Program-made: the position numbers and the translations under genes
NCBI GenBank assembly: GCA_964106915.2
Contig: OZ066920.1
DNA length: 64,000 nucleotides
Source of the DNA: Podarcis gaigeae
Lineage: Eukaryota
Strand: one strand, 5' to 3'
The notes under the pieces: model-generated
Told to the model about the DNA's origin: nothing
Database searches by the model: none
What the model saw: the letters and a program-made list of their open reading frames with translations, nothing else
Shown here: positions 24,830 through 38,700 of the stretch, one piece after another
How positions within the stretch are numbered: position 1 is the first letter of the stretch
Layout: each line of letters opens with the position of its first letter

Positions 24830-25060
24830 TACCTGCTGAAGGCATGGCTGCCATGGAACCCTCTGAGTTGCAAAACACAAAAATACATAACATAATAACA
24901 AACAAAACACACACACACAGCCACACAGCTTGAGGCCACGAATTGTTTAATTAGCCAAAGGCCTGGGAGAGCATTCCACAAATGGGGAGCCAACGCAGAA
25001 AATGCCTGTTTGTATGTTGCCACCCTCTGGGCTTCTCGTGGAGGGGGCACACAAAGAAGG
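24830..25060 (-). mobile_element. L2 3' end
   Basis: ATYKQAFSALAPHLWNALP motif. Confidence 0.7.
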
Positions 25061-26649
25061 GGTGGGATCCAGTGTTTCTGGCCCCTACTCTTCCCACTTA
25101 AACTTTACAACTAGGTAGGAGCAGGTTGTTTATTTTTATTAAATAAATAAAAAAGTATAATTCTGTTTGAGAAGTCACTGCCTTGAAACACTAGGTTTTG
25201 CTAAACAGAGAAATGACCACACACACACCATTAACTTGCTATTTTCTGTTGTGTGCGATGGTGGCATTTTTTTTTTAAATTTTTGTAGCATTGAGCATTT
25301 TAATAGCGAACTGAAAAAATTAAGACTTGTGTTGCTTCTCATTGTGTAAATATGGACTCCCTATGCAGAGCCGTGAGAGGGGAGCCTTTCCTGTCATTTT
25401 GACTGTTCAAAAGGTCAGCATAAAAAATGTTCTCATACAAAGCAGTTCTTGTCTGACTTTGCTAATGTGACATTTGAAGCAAGGTTGTGACAGTGTGATG
25501 TGACAGCAGGCTAACATTGTCTAGCATTAACAAATAGCATGAGGTCTGGCTGTGAGAAGGAAGCCATTTGCAGACCAGTCAGTCTCATCCAAATGTCAAG
25601 GGGAAGAAAAAAGCTCATCCTAATATATGCGTACTTCAAACGAAGCCCTTTGAGCCACAACCCAATTGATATGGGATTCTCCCTTTAGTAGAAGTAAACT
25701 AGTTTGGATTCAGATGCATGTGCTTCTGCCATGCCTTGAGTTAAAAAGCCACACACTCTTCCTTTTATTTACATGTGGTCAAGTCCTGTTTTAACATGTG
25801 CATGTCTAGCTGCAGCATTATGGGCTGATTGCATGGGAGCAGTTACTGTAACAGCGTGTCAATTATCATTCCGGAACTGGTGACTACATATACTTCTCCT
25901 GTATTTGAGAGGTCAACCAAGCCTCCAAGTGACCAACCTGGAGGTTGTGTAGATGTTGTGATTGTAGCTGCAAGGCTGAGCAGCAGACCCTTCTAAGGCA
26001 TATATTGGATCTTGGCCCACCAGCCTCTCCTAAACTTTTTTCCCTCCGGGCCATGCTTTCAGAATAAATATTTGCTTGCACTGCAACAATTTTTTATTAA
26101 TAAGAAATACATTGAAAAACATAAAGACACAACTCCTAGCAGTGCTTGATTAATAACATAGAACACAGCTACCTTATAATATGATCATGGGACATCCAGA
26201 AAGTATAAAACAGTGCAGCTACTACATAACAACATGCATCATTCCCAAAATATAATATTGATTGCCTTAGAATCTTCCTTCCATGCTTGCCATCCTCTCC
26301 TGCCACACCTGCGTGGCACACCTTTGAGAACCACTTGATTACTGCTTCCTCTTTCCTATTTAATGTGTCGTATATCATGGTTAAAAACTAGGGGTGCGCA
26401 CCCATCAGCATGGTTCTTTTTACATTGTTACTGCTTTTAATTTGTTCTCGTTGTTGCTTTTTTATGTGCTCTTGCGTTAAGTATTATCAGTTGAGGTTTC
26501 ATTGATGTATTTATTTGATTCCGATTGCTACTTGTACATTGGTTGCCTCGGGTACTTATTGAGAAAGGGAAGGGAGTAAAATTGAATGAATGAAACATCA
26601 TTGTCAACTCTTTATGGCATCAGGGGCCATAAGAGAGATAAAGAGACTA

Positions 26650-26651
<2 letters not shown>

Positions 26652-26701
<50 letters not shown>
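26652..26701. repeat. (TTG)n microsatellite
   Basis: direct reading; explains the poly-Leu ORF. Confidence 0.95.
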
Positions 26702-26906
26702 ATATTTATTTATACCCTGCCTTTTCCCCCTGACAGGGACTCAAGGTGGCTTACATATAAAACAGGAACAGCTAAAAGCATAACAACCTGTTGAATGTAT
26801 GCCATATGCTTATTTTTACATTTGTGCTCCTTATAGTCCCCAAAAACTTCAGAGTCTTGAGTTGCCTCTTCCTGTCAGAGACCACCTAGTGGATGTTTTC
26901 TGTAGA

Positions 26907-27239
26907 GTAAAGGTAAAGGGGCCCCTGACCATTAGGTCCAGTCGTGACCAACTCTGGGGTTGCGGCGCTCATCTCACTTTACTGGCTGAGGGAGCCAGCA
27001 TACAGCATGACTAAGCCACTTCTGGCGAACCAGAGCAGCGCACGGAAACGCCGTTTACCTTCCTGCTGGAGCAGTACCTATTTATCTACTTGAACTTTGA
27101 CAAGCTTTCAAACTGCTAGGTTGGCAGGAGCAGGGACCGAGGAACGGGAACTCACCCCGTCTCGGGGATTCAAACCGCTGACCTTCTGAGTGGCAAGCCC
27201 TAGGCTCTGTGGTTTAACCCACAGCGCCACCCCCGTCCC
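26907..27239 (-). mobile_element. Sauria SINE with internal deletion
   Basis: head and tail both present; degenerate TSD ttttc(t/a)gtag. Confidence 0.9.
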
Positions 27240-27564
27240 TTTTTTCAGTAGTGTAACACTTCCTTATATCCCATAGATTTTCTGTAGTATGGTGGTTGCC
27301 CTCCTTCACCTTTGCCCTTATTTTCCCTCCCTCGCTCTCTCCTGGCTCAGCGCTGTGCTTACTCATCCTTCAAATTTCATCTGTTCTCTCTTTCTATATC
27401 CCTGGGACCTCCCTGTGCTTGTTCCTACACCTTGTGTTTTACGCAGATGCAGTGTGTCTTGGGAATCTTCCAGCATCACTGCCGTCCTGTTGCATCACTT
27501 CTTGTTGGTCTGAATAAGCAGCCTCTGCATTCTTCCAACACTTAAACCTACCTTCTTCTTGGAA

Positions 27565-27948
27565 AGGAGCTGGGCATGTTTAGCCTGGAGAAGAGGAGGT
27601 TAAGGGGTGATATGATAGCCATGTTCAAATATATAAAAGGATGTCACATAGAGGAGGGAGAAAGGTTGTTTTCTGCTGCTCCAGAGAAGCAGACACGGAG
27701 CAATGGATCCAAACTACAAGAAAGAAGATTCCACCTAAACATTAGGAAGAACTTCCTGACAGTAAGAGCTGTTCAACAGTGGAATTTGCTGCCAAGGAGT
27801 GTGGTGGAGTCTCCTTCTTTGGAGGTCTTTAAGCAGAGGCTTGACAACCATATGTCAGGAGTGCTCTGATGGTGTTTCCTGCTTGGCAGGGGGTTGGACT
27901 CGATGGCCCTTGTGGTCTCTTCCAACTCTATGATTCTATCATTCTATG
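27565..27948 (+). mobile_element. CR1 LINE 3' end (young)
   Basis: ORF 27576-27869 nearly identical to the 3469 copy; ATTCTAT tail. Confidence 0.92.
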
Positions 27949-29356
27949 AAGAAAATATAGCTTAGCTACCTAGTCTCTAAAAAAAGAAATCTAAATCGGG
28001 GACCAAGTGTCAACAGATAGATTTCCAGCTAACAGACCAATAAATGAGAATGACTTCTGTGCAATCTAGTCAGTGGAAGACGTTTGATCTAAGAATTTTT
28101 CTTCTTCTTAATTTTTCTGTGCTTTCAGTTAAGAAATAAACTACATGTACAGTTACTGTGTCTGTATTCGCAACCGCATGAGGTCCTGGCTGTTGCTTTG
28201 TGAATTTTGAACTGCTTCCGTTTGAGCTCAAGTATCCATTGCATCTAATATGTTACAGCCAGAAATAGGAGAGAGAGAAAATCATTGGCGCTGGCATAGC
28301 ATTTTTACGTATCATGGGGACCAGATGGCTAGGGTTTTTCTAGCTGCATATATCCAAATACTCGCATTGTTTCAAAAGATTAGGGTGAAGTTTTCAGGCT
28401 GTATAAATAGTTCCTGGGGATAGTAATTATAGCTGGTATCCCCATAAACTTGGAAGTCCCTCAATATATTTCTTAGCAGGGCTCTTGTGTTGGGGTTTAC
28501 TCAGCAGAAACCTCCAGCTGGAACGCAACCATACTTTAAATGGCCTGTCAGACTGAATTTATTCGTAGAATTGGCTTTAGGCTCTTTGTACTAGGCAAAA
28601 CTCTGGCCTTCTCTAAATGCATGTTGTTGACCTGCAGAAATCCACTTCCTGACTCCTCTAGCTATCCTACAGGAGTCAGCACTATGCGGGACAGTTCTTA
28701 CTTCCGTTGTGTTGCATGTCAACACTGTACAAGGAGCCACAAAGACTGTTATAACTGGAGAAATTTAGCAAAGAGAGAAAAGGCTTGGTACTTAACATAA
28801 AGGGTGATAGGAAGAAGATTTCATTGTTGAAGCTACCAAGTATTAAAGCATTCAGTGTCCATTAAACTGGATCCTGATTAGAGGAGAGTCCTGCTATCAG
28901 AATATATTCCACCAGTTTGAGTTAATACTATTCATGATCAGCAGCATATTGTGACAGTTCATTAAGACCCTTTCCGCCCCCCCCCCCATGCTCCAAATAG
29001 TTCATAATTTAATTACAGTAGTTTTCCTTCAGTCAACATATTTACAATAGTTACTAAGATGAAGCAAGCTTTGTCTCTATCAATTTAATTTCTTCTCTTT
29101 CTTTCTCTCAGGCATCTGACTAGGGAGCAATTCATGTAGAAATAGCTAGAACTAGCAAATTTATTAACATTTCAGGACCAGCTGACATTCATTCTTTTCT
29201 TCAAGTGTAGTGCCAGCCGGCATAGAAGTGCCCGAAAAATTCTCTTATCTAGTAAAACTTGTCATGAATATTAGCTTCATAATAGTTTGGTTCCAAGAAG
29301 ATACCACAGGGATGGGTGGATAAAGAAGATTATGTATGGTCTATGTACCTTTTGAA

Positions 29357-29701
29357 GGGACGCGGATGGCACTGTGGGCTAAACCACAGAGCCTAGCACT
29401 TGCCGATCAGAAGGTTGGCGGTTCAAATCCCAACAATGGGGTGAGCTCCTGTTGCTCGGTCCCTGCTCCTGCCAACCTAGCAGTTCGAAAGCACGTCAAA
29501 GTGCAAGTAGATAAATAGGTAACGCTCCGGCGGGAAGGTAAACTGCGTTTCCGTGCGCTGCTCTGGTTGGCCAGAAGCGGCTTAGTCATGCTGGCCACAT
29601 GACCCAGAAGCTGTACGCTGGCTCCCTCAGCCAATAAAGCGAGATGAGCGCCGCAACCCCAGAGTCGGCCACGACTGGACCTAATGGTCAGGGGTCCCTT
29701 T
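29357..29701 (+). mobile_element. Sauria SINE, full length
   Basis: GGGACGCGG head; TSD ccttttgaa; followed by (CA)n at 29715-29748. Confidence 0.92.
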
Positions 29702-29712
29702 CCTTTTGAAAG

Positions 29713-29749
<37 letters not shown>

Positions 29750-30255
29750 AAACTACTGCAGTTGCTGCATAGTTTGAAAGGCAAAGTAGGGCTTTCTAAC
29801 AATGAAGTGGCATGAACAGGCAAAATAGAGGCAATTTTAAATCCCCATGGTTGGTAGTTAGGGACCCTCCCCTATCTTAAGCACATGTTGTAGTCTCTAC
29901 GTATTAATATTAAATCTCTTCCACTGAAACCAAGTGGTCTGGATCTTGCTCAGCTATTAACCATTGAGTTAGACTTCCAGGAAATGTGATAAATAGAATG
30001 AAGTAGCTCAGGCTGAAAGAACAGATGTTTGGATGCTATGCAAATTAAATGCTCAACTATTAAAATATATTTAGATGTCCAAAGAGATGGCCAAGTGGGA
30101 ATCTATGGCTGTATTTTTTATATATTTAAAAAAAAAATCTATTCCCCAGAAGCTCTACCAAATTTAATAATTGTAAGAGGGGAAAAATAGTACTCTCAAA
30201 ACATGTTTGACAAAGCGCCTTTAACTGCATATATCTCTTTGGATTGTGTGTGTAA

Positions 30256-30581
30256 TGTTATTGGCATTGTCTGTCTCGAGAGACAATGGAGCGCACCTCT
30301 GGGGGTGAAGTCAAACCTCTTTGTTCGCAGCACTAAGGTGACCTCTCTGGGGCACAAGCCTGGGCAGTGTGTATGGAGGTCCTGGGCTGCCCAGATGAGA
30401 AGACCTTCTCCCCTCTTGGCCTCACTGATGTGGTCCAAAGGAAAGCACAGCAATATGTTTGGCATCAGCTTGGTCATAGGAGTTGCTGGAAGGAAGCATA
30501 CAAGGCACCACCCAACTGTCTTAGGGACTCCAGTCCAGATTTGTGTAGGGTTTACTCCTTAGCCTTTTCTTTTCCCGAAGA
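30256..30581 (-). mobile_element. 3' portion of the ribozyme-headed retroposon family
   Basis: aligns with 5095-5545 (gagacaatggag..ggggtgaagtca..gatgtggtccaaaggaaagc). Confidence 0.7.
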
Positions 30582-31069
30582 TGTAGTGCCCTAGTCACAT
30601 TCACAAACATAATGTGCTGTATTAACTAGGTAGCACCAACTACTATAAAGCTCTGTGTGTACATGCAGGAATCCACACAAACATGTAAATGAAACGAAGG
30701 AGAATTTTGTTTGTTCCAAATTTTTAAGTGAACAGACCTAATTTCCACCTCTCCGAGCACTATGCAGATTGGAATAAAAGTATATTTTGGATTTCACACC
30801 TCTCCGAATTTTGCGATACAGTTCTTGGCTGCAAAGTTGTACCAAAATGAGTTTAGAATATGTATTATTTAGGGTAAATATGTTTAGTAATATGCATATT
30901 GAGGTATCATGCGTAAATACTGTAATAAAATACATTTTTAAATACACACTTAAGTGTGAGTGTGTGAACACGCATGCCTACTGATACTCTGTCCTCCATC
31001 AGGGTAAAATATACTCCCAATTCCATGGCTACAGCCTGCAAAATTTATACCCCCCTCAAAGGCAAATTG

Positions 31070-31340
31070 ACAATAAGAAGAGCCCTGCTAGATCAAATCA
31101 AACACCCACCTCTTTCCTACAGTTGACAACCAGGTGTCTATGGGAAGCCCACAAGCAAGACCTGAGGTTCTATAGCCCCCTCCCATTGCTGTTCACCTAG
31201 AAGCTAACGTTCAGAGGCATACAGGTCCTGGTGCTGAAGGTAGTATAAAGTCATAATAGCTAGTGTCCTTTTGCAGCCTTATCCTCCATGAATTTGTATA
31301 ATTATCTTACAGAGCTGCCCAAGTTGGCGGCCCTCACCAA
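31070..31340 (-). mobile_element. Old CR1 3' UTR fragment (boundaries approximate)
   Basis: aagaagagccctgctagatca and tcctccatgaatttgt motifs. Confidence 0.5.
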
Positions 31341-32830
31341 TCCCTGCTTTAGACTATGAAAAAGGTTGCTGGAGTAATAAAGGGTTTTAATGCCCCTTTT
31401 AAAATGTGTTTGGGAGGTGAGTTGCTGTTGTTAATATTAAGTATTTTGTGTTTTTATGTTGTAGAAGCCCTGAGACCTGTGGGTATAGGGCGACATAAAA
31501 AATTAGTAAATAATACATAATTTTAATGGGGACACTGGGGGGAAAAATCCTCATTGGCCTCTGTTCCATTTCTTCCCATTCATCTTGCACTTTTCCCATA
31601 GCCCCACATTCTACCTTTTGTATAGTCTTCCACAGGAAGCAGCGTGTAACATTCTCCTCCCTCCCTCCCTGGACCATCTGGTCTTTTACTGAGAGAGAAC
31701 ATCTGGCACTGGGTGGGATAGATGGGTCAAGTCAGCCCAATAGGTTCAGCTGGAGCCAGGAGTTCTCTCTGACTTGGTAACTAAGCCAATGGGCTTGTCC
31801 CTTTTCAGCCATGTGACTGTACGAAGCAAACATTCCCTTTTAGAATTGATAGCTGTCCGATTAGGTAGATCAGATTTAATCAACAGCTGCAAGTGGTACT
31901 TAAGAAAATAATCACAGCAAAGTGGGTCAGCGGAATTCGGAAGTGAGTCAGGCCTTTGGGAATCTTGCCCAGTCATTTGTTTTAATGAATACCCAAGGTT
32001 TTAAAGCCAGCTTACCAGTTTTAATCAGTGGCAACCCATACTGTGCTGAAGTACCCAAGTATATGCAAAAATTACCATGAACCAGTAGTTCATAGAGGTA
32101 GGCTCTTTGACTGCAAGTTGTAATGGTTTTCCTTTGTGGTCTGATCCTATGAGGTTCACGGCCTCATATCTTTTAAAAGAAGCAATAAATTTTTTATTAT
32201 TTGGATCACATTGCGAAGTGCTTACTTGTGTACGCATTTTTTATATCATTATTTGTCTTGTTCCCATTCTGCATATGATAAATAATAAAGGATTATGGGG
32301 AAAGTAGTTTAACAGGGGTGGGAAAATGACTTTAGAGGGACATATTTGTGCATATGCTTTTCTCTCGCATTGAAATCTGGGGAATGCAAAAAAACAAAAA
32401 AAACCACACCCTAAAATTGTCCTATCAAAATACAAAGTGAGCCTTAGTTACTACTAGGATGGACAGGTGTCTAGGTATCTGTCGAAATGTCCAGAATTTC
32501 TCTCTCCCTTTTTTTCCCTTTTTTCTTTTGGTACATTCCAGAACATTCATCAAAACTGAAGCGGCTATTGATTTTGGCAAACTGATATTCAGTTAAGGTA
32601 GATAAAAGATGAATGAAAAATTGGGTCCTGTTAATTACCGTATATACCAAAATGTATTTGTTTATTCCGTATAAAAAGTGTTGCCTTGCGGTACTTTTAT
32701 GGTTAATTTAAATTTATGAGACTATATACATCGTAATTGAGCCAGGGCTCAACCCTGTAACTTGTTTTCGTTCTCATTTTTCGACTTAGAATATACAACA
32801 CATGCATTAAGAATAAATATTTATCTAGCT

Positions 32831-33559
32831 GTTGTTGTTTAGTCATTTAGTCGTGTCCGATTCTTCGTGACCCCATGGACCAGAGCACACCAGGCACTCC
32901 TGTTTTCCACTGCCTCCCGTAGTTTGGTCAAATTCATGCTGGTAGCTTCGAGAACACTGTCCAACCATCTCGTCCTCTGTCGTACCCTTCTCCTTGTGCC
33001 CTCCATCTTTCCCAACATCAAGGTCTTTTCCAGGGAGTCTTCTCTTCTCATGAGGTGGCCAAAGTATTGGAGCCTCAGCTTCACGATCTGTCCTTCCAGT
33101 GAGCACTCAGGGCTGATTTCCTTAAGAACTGATAGGTTTGATCTTCTTGCAGTCCATGGGACTCTCAAGAGTTTCCTCCAGCACCATAATTCAAAAGCAT
33201 CAATTATTCGGTGATCAGCCTTCTTTATGGTCCAGCTCTCACTTCCATACATCACTACTAGGAAAACCATAGCTTTAACTATACGGACCTTTGTCGGCAA
33301 GGTGATGTCTCTGCTTTTTAAGATGCTGTCTAGGTTTGTCATTGCTTTTCTCCCAAGAAGCAGGCGTCTTTTAATTTCATGGCTGCTGTCATCATCTGCA
33401 GTGATCATGGAGCCCAAGAGAGTGAAATCTCTCCCTCCCTCCATTTCTTCCCCTTCTATTTGCCAGGAGGTGATGGAACCAGTGGCCATGATCTTGGTTT
33501 CTTTGATGTTGAGCTTCAGACCATATTTTGCACTCTCCTTTTTCACCCTCATTAAGAGG
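32831..33559 (-). mobile_element. BovB LINE 3' fragment with an open 237-aa RT C-terminal ORF
   Basis: ORF 32839-33552; TSD ttatctagct; (CAA)n tail. Confidence 0.95.
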
Positions 33560-33759
33560 TTATCTAGCTACCACACTTGCTAACCACAATTTTCCTCTTA
33601 AATATAATTCTTGAGTTTGAACTGCAAAAAGTCGATTTCCACCATTGCCACTCCCGTGCAGCTGAGATAAGGACTTTGGGCTTTCTGTACAAAAGGACTA
33701 TGGGTCATGGGGCCCCTTTTTAATTATTTAGAATTTACATGCTAGTTATAGATAATATG

Positions 33760-34112
33760 GGGACACAGGTGGTGCTGTGGGTTAAACCACAGAGCCTGGG
33801 ACTTGCCGATCAGAAGGTTGGCGGTTCGAATCCCCGTGATGGGGTGAGCTCCCATTGCTCAGTCCCTGCTCCTGCCTACCTAGCAGTTCGAAAGCACGTC
33901 AAAGTGCAAGTAGATAAATGGGTACCACTCCAGTGGGAAGGTAACGGGCTTTCCGTGTGCTGCTCTGGTTCGCCAGAAGCGGCTTAGTCATGCTGGCCAC
34001 ATGACCCGGAAGCTGTACGCCGGCTCCCTCGGCCAGTAAAGCGAGATGAGCGCCGCAACCCCAGAGTCGGTCACAACTGGACCTAATGGTCAGGGATCCC
34101 TTTACCTTTACC
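33760..34112 (+). mobile_element. Sauria SINE, full length
   Basis: 13-bp TSD tatagataatatg. Confidence 0.93.
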
Positions 34113-35029
34113 TATAGATAATATGAGGCTGTATCCATCTATTTGGCAGTATATGTCTCTTTGAATGTCAGCATGATGTGCATAAAGGCAAAACTGAAGA
34201 TGTCATCCAGTGTATCATGAGTTTAACATGGTTTGTTCTTTCTGGTATGCATTAATGAAGCAGATGGCTATCTTGGAAAGCCTGTTACAAGAAGAACACA
34301 AATTAAGGGTTCTTCGATTAAGTTATGATTGCGTTGACTATGAAATTTTAATTAATAAATTCCAGGGTATAGTATCCAAATAATGCTATGTGCTTGTTTG
34401 AAGTGGAAGGTAGATAATTAAAATGCATATTACGGTATTTAGATTTTGGATCATGCAATTTTGCATTTAAGTAAACAGATATAATTGCAAACGGACTAAC
34501 AAGTGGAAAAAAGGTTTCTGTAAGGAAAAGAAGGAGGCCCACAGTGCCAGATTAATGTTGTTAGATTTCTTTTATTCAGAATTGATGGCAGTCTTCCACG
34601 AAAGCAATATTTATGAAGGGAAGCTCTAAGTTTGATTCTAGTGCATACCAATCCACATTTTGCCACAACTAGTTATACATAACTGCCTGTGAACCTAACC
34701 TGGATCAAAAAATTACTGTGACCTGGTTCTGCTCCTCCATCTTCAATCGTCTCTTGGTCCTGGGAGACAGTGGAGTGGGGGGGGGGGCAAGAGGAGAAGG
34801 TGTGGAAATCCTTGATTCTCCACCAGCCTGACCTCTCTCTCCTTCCTCCTTGCACCTGTTCTTGGCTCTCCAATCCTGTAGCTTCTTCTATCTCTGACTC
34901 TCATCTCCTGGCTGTTTCAGGCTCCCCCAGATCACTCATCCCTTCTTCAAAGTCAGTCTCCAACCCCAACCCCTCTATGGGTGCTCACTCATCAGTACCC
35001 AGTACCCACTACCACACGCCAGTCCCCAG

Positions 35030-35890
35030 CCAGTCCCTGATAATACTTCTGTTAATGCAGCCTAGAATAGTTAGCCTTTTTTGCTGCTGCATCATACTGT
35101 TGACTCGTGCTAAGCTTGTGGTCTACTAAGACCTCCTCGTTCTGTTTCACATGTACTACTGGCAATCCATGTGCCCCCCATCTTATATTTGTGCAGCTAG
35201 TTTTTTTCTGCCTAAGTGCAGAACCTTAAATTTGTCCCTACTAAATTTCATTTGGTCCAGTTCTGCAATCTGTTAAGGTGATTTTGAATCCCGATTTTGT
35301 CTTCTGCGACATTAGCTACTTCTCTCACTTTGGTGTCATCTGCAAATGCAATGGGCATCACCTCAATTCCTTCATCCAAGTTGTTTATAAAAATATTGAA
35401 CAGCTAAGGGCCTAGCACAAAACCCTGTGGCACACCACTTGCCACGTTTTTCCAGGATGATGAGGAACCATTAGTGAGCACTCTGGGTTTTGTCAGTCAA
35501 TCATCTACCAATCCACTAACAGTTACCTCATTCAGTCCACATTTTACCAGCTTCTCCACACGTATATAAAGGGGGACTTCGTCAAAAGCCTTACTGAAAT
35601 CAATATATACTATGTTCACAGCATTCCCCTGAACCACCAAAAGACAGAGAGAGATTTGTCTTGCATGGCTTGTTTCTGAGAAATGCATGCTGGGTTTTAG
35701 AAATCACAGCATCCTTTTCTAAGTGCTCACATACTGACCATTTAATTATTGGTTCTGGTATCTAAATAAAGCTGACCAGTCGCTAGTTATATGGGTCTTC
35801 TCCCCCCCCCTTTTTGAAGATGGATACAGCTTTTACCCACCTCCAATTTGCAGGGACCTCACCTGTTCTCCAAGAATTCTCAAAGATTAT
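35030..35890 (-). mobile_element. Old CR1 RT region
   Basis: GNAVNIVYIDFSKAFDEVP in ORF 35497-35688. Confidence 0.8.
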
Positions 35891-37741
35891 AGACAGAGGC
35901 TCTGATTTTTCTTATTAAAATATTTACAATATGCTACATGCACTGAGGGCACTGTGGCTTGTATATTATTCTGCACTAGTCTACAATGCAAATTCTCCTT
36001 CCTTTCCCTTCCCTGTGTGACCCCAAAATCTGTTCCTAGGGCTTGTCCAACTCCCTGGAGCAGATTTTGAGGGTGCAAGGGGGACAGGAAGGGAAAGTTC
36101 AGTCACGCAACCAGAACTCAGCAGCACATGTGGAATGGTTTGTGTGTTCTCATGGAAAATTAATTAAAATGCATTAATATAATTCTGCACCCAGGTATTT
36201 AAAAATATCCATTGCATGTTCCTGCTAGGGTGAACCGTCAAGTTCACAATGTGAAAATCTGAATTATATATTTGGACTCTCATTGAAATGTACATCTGAG
36301 TGCTAATACCATCTGTCTGCATTGCATTTTTTTTCAATGGGATGGCATTCCGATGTTCTTCCAAATGCTTAAACAAGCTGTTGAAAATAAATTTCTCTTT
36401 AAGCACATCTGCTCGATTTGAGTATGCATTCTGGGGTGGTCTTAAATGGGGATTGTGGGCATTTAGAAATTTTACAAATTCTAAACAGACAGCCTATATT
36501 GCCAAAAAAAAAAAAAATCCTGATAAACAAGACTTGACATGTTGTTGGCTGCTTTAATTTGATGTGTCACCTTCTCCACTGCAAATAAGTGCCAAAAAGA
36601 TTCATAACATGAATCTAAGCACATTAAGACACACACATACTTACAACACTTTTTAAAGTCTCTGTAGTTTTATTTTTAATGTATCTGTGCTGGCATTCAT
36701 TTACTTCCAGCAAAGGGGGGTACCAGATACTTACATCCTGCACCGTGCAACTTAGAGTTTAAAAATAATATTCTAATTATTATTTTCAAAATCCACAAAA
36801 AAGCAAATATTTCACTGGCCATCGCTGGGCCGTTAAAGACATTGGAACATTATATGTGAGTCAAACCTAAGAATATTCGAACAACAAGTTATAATCAAGC
36901 TTGGCAAGGTATCCTTTCCTTATATTATATAATATATCTTACTTGCAGGCAAGCATCCTGGCGTTTTCTGACAGGCTGATGATCAGAATTAAATATGGGT
37001 CGCTCTAGGCAATTAGCTTTACAGTTGAGTGCTGAGTGTTCCAAACAAAAAAGCATTTTTGTGAACTGTAAAACTTTTTCATCTCTGTTCTACGTACAAA
37101 TGTAAGCTGCAGGAAACAGTCTGAAGATACTTCACTACCTGAATGATTTTCTTCCTATATTTTAGTGAATTTTATATGATTACTAATGACTAATAAATAG
37201 TATTTATACTGGGAACATTGCGTTCATCTAGTCCTACTGCAGACTGTGAAAAGTAAGGGGTTTGTGAGCTGAAGAGATTCCATATAGCTAGGAATGGGAG
37301 AGTCACAACTATATGTCAGGAGTCAACATAGCAACACACACAAAATAGATCACAGAAACATAAAATGTACGGTAGGAGTGTGGGAAGCCGCCTCATATCG
37401 ACTCAGACCATTGGCCCATCTGGTTGGGATTGTCTCTACTGACTGGTCACCACTCCCCAGAGACTCTTTCTTCGCTCCACTTGTCGGTGCCAGGGATTGA
37501 AACTAGTTTTGAAATTGAAACCAGTTTTATTATTTATACCCTGCCCATCTGGCCCTGATGTACTGATAGCACCCCTGTTATGTGCTCCTTACAAAATACA
37601 GGGAAAATACTCCTGAGCACGCAGTCTGGACTTGGTAGGCAATCCCTGACGTATTGCCTGGTCAGTTTCATGTGGTGGAAGACCTGCAGGTATAGGACAG
37701 TATACATACTTAATAAATATCATCATCATTATCAAAGAGAG

Positions 37742-38039
37742 TGAAATATACTCGGAGTTGAGAGTGGATTTCATGCTCTTTATTCAGCTCATAGTGGTGA
37801 GGAGGAATGGAAGTTCCCCCAGAATGTCTGCTTTATATACATTATTTACACAATGGGCCTCACGTGATTGGCTAATTCCGGGATTCTCCTGTAGGCCAAT
37901 CAGGTTGTGGATTCACTTCCACCTGCAGCTGGATTGGGTGGCTCCTGTGGACCAATCAGACTGCTGCATTCTGAATCCTATTGTTCTTGGACCAATCAGA
38001 CTGCTGCATTTAGGTTCCTATTCAACTCAGTACATAACA
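37742..38039 (-). mobile_element. Solo LTR (298 bp)
   Basis: TG...CA ends; 5-bp TSD gagag; minus-strand TATATAAA and AATAAA; CCAAT repeats. Confidence 0.9.
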
Positions 38040-38389
38040 GAGAGTGAACAAAGAAGCTTTTCTTCCTTCTTCACCAGAGGTGAAGGGATATGAACTGAGT
38101 CTAGGAATACAATTCTGTGGTCTTAACCCATTCATGCATTAACTATCCCTAAGCTTGCTGGTTTTATTTTATTGCAACTTCCTACATCTTTGGTGAATTA
38201 ATTAATAGGGAGAGCAATGGAAGTGGGGATTTTGTTGTGTTTCATTCTGACTTTGGACAGGGAGAAGGGAGGTGTTCTGTTTAGCCTCCCACATCCCAAA
38301 TATTTATTTTCTACCCAAGCCCTTCTTGCAAGAGGGGCTGGACCTGATAGGTTGCCATAGTGGATACCTTGAGGAAGATGTCAGCCCAA

Positions 38390-38700
38390 TGATTGGCTTC
38401 AGCGAAAAGGTGGATTTCATGCTAGGAAGTGATAGAAAAGGAATTGAAAACAAAAGACAGTATCACAATGCTGTTATTCACAACCATAATTGGAATTCAG
38501 TGTACAGTTCTAGCTGCCTGACCTCATAAAGGCTATATTGCAGAGCTCAAAAAGGTTCTGAAAAGTTTGATCAAGAGATGGAACAACCCCCCTCTGATGA
38601 AATATTACAACATTTGGGGATTTTTAGTTTTGAGTATAGATCAGTAAGGGGGTAACATGATAGAGGTATATACAATTATGCATAGTGTAGAGAAAGTGGA
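38390..38700 (+). mobile_element. Old CR1 fragment (boundaries approximate)
   Basis: decayed similarity to the CR1 C-terminal region. Confidence 0.5.

Noticed and set aside
32839-33552. Nested 237-aa antisense host gene
   Set aside because: It is a 5'-truncated BovB RT C-terminus bounded by TSDs
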